Source of the DNA: Heterodontus francisci
Lineage: Eukaryota
Direction of reading: 5' to 3'
Length of the DNA: 64,000 nt
Assembly: GCF_036365525.1 (NCBI RefSeq)
Contig: NW_027142325.1
Span: forward strand, 62,001-126,000
In this document: one piece after another, positions 60,677 through 64,000 of the stretch
Layout: every line of letters begins with the position of its first letter
How positions within the stretch are numbered: position 1 is the first letter of the stretch
Made by a program: the position numbers and the translations under genes
The notes under the pieces: generated by a model
The model's input: the letters and a program-made list of their open reading frames with translations, nothing else
The model's database searches: none
What the model was told of the DNA's origin: nothing

Positions 60677-63582
60677 GTGACTCAGGGGGCAGGGAAAGGG
60701 AAAACGACAGGGAGTATGATGGTAAATAAAAAGGTAAGCAGCAGGTTAACATGTGTGCAGGAGGGTTTAAGTTCAAGGCAGACTATGAAAGAAGCAGAAA
60801 GGAAGGATAACTCAGGAGTTATTATTAGAGATGTTGGAAATCATGAGGGTAAGAAAGCTAGCATAAAGGCACTTTACCTGAATGCTCGTAGCATTCGTAA
60901 CAAGGTTGATGAGTTAACGGCACAAATCATCACGAATAAATATGATTTGGTAGCCATTACGGAGACATGGTTACAGGTTGGTCACGACTGGGAGTTAAAT
61001 ATCCAGGCGTACCAGACTATTCGGAAGGACAGACAGGAAGGTAAGGGAGGTGGTGTAGCTCTGATATTCAAGGACGACATCAGGGCAGTGCTGAGAGATG
61101 ATATAGGTTCTATGGAGAATGAGGTTGAATCAATTTGGGTGGAAATTAGAAACTCTAAGAAGAAAAAGTCATTGATAGGCGTAGTCTATAGGCCACCAAA
61201 TAATATCACATTGGGGCGGGCAATAAACAAAGAAATAACTAATGCCTGTAAAAATGGTACGGCAATTATCATGGGGGATTTTAATCTACATGTAGATTGG
61301 TCGAACCAGCTCAGTCAGGGTAGCCTTGAGGAGGAGTTCATTGACTGTATCCGTGATAGTTTTCTTGAACAGTATGGAATGGAACCGACGAGGGAGCAAG
61401 CTATCCTCGATCTAGTCCTGTGTGATGAGACAGGAATAATTAATGACCTCATAGTTAGGGATCCTCTTGGAAGGAGTGATCACAGTATGGTTGAATTTAG
61501 AATACAGATGGAGAGTGTGAAGATAAAATCCAATACCAGGGTCCTGCGCTTGAACAAGGGGGACTACAATAGAATGAGGGAGGACTTGGCTAAAGTAGAC
61601 TGGAAACAAAGATTTTATGGTGGGACAGTTGACGAGCAGTGGAGGACTTTCAAAGCAATTTTTCAAAGTGCTCAGCTAAAGTATATTCCAGTGAAAAGGA
61701 AGGACTGGAAGAAAAGGGGTAATATGCCATGGGTGTCTAAGGAAATAAGGGAGGCTATCAAATTGAAAGAGAAGGCATACAAAGTGGCCAAAAGCAGCTT
61801 GAAACTAGAAGATTGGGAAAACTTTAAAGGTCAACAGAAAGCCACAAAAAGAGCTATAAAGAAAAGTAAGATAGAACATGAGAAAAAACTAGCACAGAAT
61901 ATAAAGACAGATAGCAAAAGTTTCTATAAATATATAAAACGAAAAAGAGTGGCTAAAGTAAACGTTGGTCCTTTAGAGGATGAGAAGGGGAATTTAGTTA
62001 TGGGATATGATGAAATGGCCAAGGCATTAAACAGGTATTTTGTATCGGTCTTCACAGTGGAGGACATTAATAACATGCCAGTAATTGACAAAGAGACGAA
62101 CGTAGGTGAGGACCTGGAAACAATCATTATTACGGAAGAGGTAGTGTTGGGCCAGCTAATGGAGCTAAGGATTGATAAGTCTCCTGGCCCTAATGGAATG
62201 TCCCAGCTGATTGGAAAACAGCAGATGTGACGCCACTGTTTAAAAAGGGAGGTAGACAAAAGATGGGGAATTATAGACCGGTTAGCTTAACCTCTGCAGT
62301 GGGGAAGATGCTTGAGTCTATTATCAAGGAAGAAATAGCAGGGCATCTCGATAGAAATTGTCCCGTTGGGCAGACGCAGCATGGGTTCATGAAGGGCAGG
62401 TCATGCTTGACAAATCTTTTGGAATTCTATGATGACATTACGAGCAAGGTGGACAATGGGGACCCAGTGGATGTGGTGTACCTAGATTTCCAAAAGGCCT
62501 TAGACAAGGTGCCGCACAAGAGGCTGCTGCATAAGATAATGATGCATGGCGTCAGGGGTAAAGTATTAGCATGGATAGAGGATTGGTTGACTAACAGGAA
62601 GCAGAGAGTGGGGATAAATGAGTGCTATTCTGGTTGGCAATCAGTCACTAGTGGTGTGCCTCAGGGATCGGTGTTGGGACCGCAATTATTTACAATTTAT
62701 ATAGATGATTTGGAGTTGGGGACCACGTGTAGGGTGTCAAAGTTTGCAGATGACACTAAGATGAGTGGCAGAGCAAAGTATGCAGATGACTGTGAAACTT
62801 TGCAGAGGAACATAGATACATTGAGTGAGTGGGCAAAGGTCTGGCAGACGGAATACAATGTTAATAAATGTGAAGTCATTCATTTCGGTAGGAGTAACAG
62901 TAAAAACGATTATTACTTGAATGGTAAAAAGTTGCAGCATGCTACTATGCAGAGGGACCTGGGTGTCCTTGTGCATGAATCGCAGAAGGTTGGTCTGCAG
63001 GTACAGCAAGTAATTAGGAAGGCAAATGGAATTTTGTCCTTCATTGCTAAAGGGATTGAGTTTAAAAGCAGAGAGGTTATGTTGCAGCTGTATAAGGTAC
63101 TGGTGAGGCCGCACCTGGAGTACTGTGTGCAGTTTTGGTCTCCTTACTTGAGAAAGGATATACTGGCACTGGAGAGGGTGCAGAGGAGGTTCACTAGGTT
63201 GATTCCAGAGTTGAGGGGGTTGGCTTATGAGGAGAGACTGAGTAGATTGGGATTATATTCATTGGAATTCAGAAGAATGAGGGGGGATCTTACAGAAACA
63301 TATAAAATCATGAAGGGAATAGATAAGATACAAGTAGAGAGGATGTTTCCACTGGCAGGTGAAGCTAGGACAAGAGGGCATAGCCTCAAGATTAGAGGGA
63401 GCAGATTTAGGACTGAATTAAGAAGGAACTTCTTCACCCAGAGGGTTGCTAATCTGTGGAATTCCTTGCCCAGTGAAGTAGTTGACGCTTCTCCAGTAAA
63501 CGTTTTTAAAGCTAAGGTAAATATCTTTTTGAACAATAAAGGAATTAAGGGATACGGTGGGAGCGCGGGTAAGTGGATCTGA
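60677..63582 (+). pseudogene. CR1 ORF2p (APE and RT), broken by an internal deletion and frameshift at ~62200
   Basis: YLNARS, ITETW, GDFN, SDH; [12 protein letters not shown]; the HPRVLKE..IFQ segment is missing. Confidence 0.9.
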
Positions 63583-63689
63583 GTCCACGAAAAGATCAGC
63601 CATGATCTTATTGAATCGCGGAGCAGGCTTAAGTGGCCGGACGGCCTACTCCTGCTCCTAGTTCTGATGATCTTATGATCTTATTACTC

Positions 63690-64000
63690 TGTATCTTGCC
63701 CGTTTTTTTCATCTCTATTTTTATAATATGGCCTTTATGCCCCAGGACCCTTTTATATATTTTATGTCGAGGTGGCCTTTATTTTTCTGGCCCCCTTTAT
63801 ATACATTTTATAAAAATAACTTTATTAAAAAAAGATAAATAAAACAAAACTCAAATTAAAATGCCATTCTCGGCATCAATTATGCACTCCAGCCCCGACA
63901 GTGCTCACCGGTCGTGGAAGGCCTCAAGCGTACCGGCGGACGCCGCATGCTCCTTCTCCGGGGACAACTGGGCACGAACGTAACTGCGGAAGAGGGGCAG
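63690..64000 (-). mobile_element. 3' end of a Tx1-clade LINE
   Basis: Minus strand PLFRSYVRA..EKEHAASAGTLEAFHDR..ECIIDAENGILI*, then an AT-rich UTR with aataaa. Confidence 0.7.

Larger units (their letters stand above)
59440..63682 (+). mobile_element. Near full-length CR1/HER1 LINE
   Basis: 5' UTR, ORF1, ORF2, 3' UTR and (tgatctta)-type tail all in order. Confidence 0.95.

Overview
Vertebrate genomic DNA, very probably from a shark or other elasmobranch, judged by HE1/V-SINE-like and Deu-domain SINEs, HER1/CR1 LINEs and the Penelope and Gypsy families. Most of the window is transposon or tandem-repeat sequence, and nearly all ORFs in the supplied track come from these repeats. One host gene is clearly supported on the + strand: a Siglec-15-related immunoglobulin-superfamily receptor. 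Its exons are V-set 1 (22447-22830, essential Arg intact), V-set 2 (24143-24493, Arg replaced by Leu), a transmembrane exon containing a Lys (38893-38992) and a probable very short tail exon (41087-41102). This gives a V-V-TM(K)-short-tail, activating-type architecture with no C2 domain. Its leader exon was not confidently located. Directly upstream of V1 lies an ~11.7-kb satellite of 69/65-bp units with higher-order structure. The 14.4-kb V2-TM intron holds nested insertions: Penelope inside RTE inside CR1, a hammerhead-like Penelope palindrome, and solo LTRs. Downstream (41-51 kb) are diverged duplicates of the gene's 3' region, which may encode alternative cytoplasmic tails or be the start of a paralogue. 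The window ends with a gag-only Gypsy element, a near full-length CR1 and a Tx1 3' end. Repeat boundaries are approximate unless a TSD or TG..CA end is quoted.
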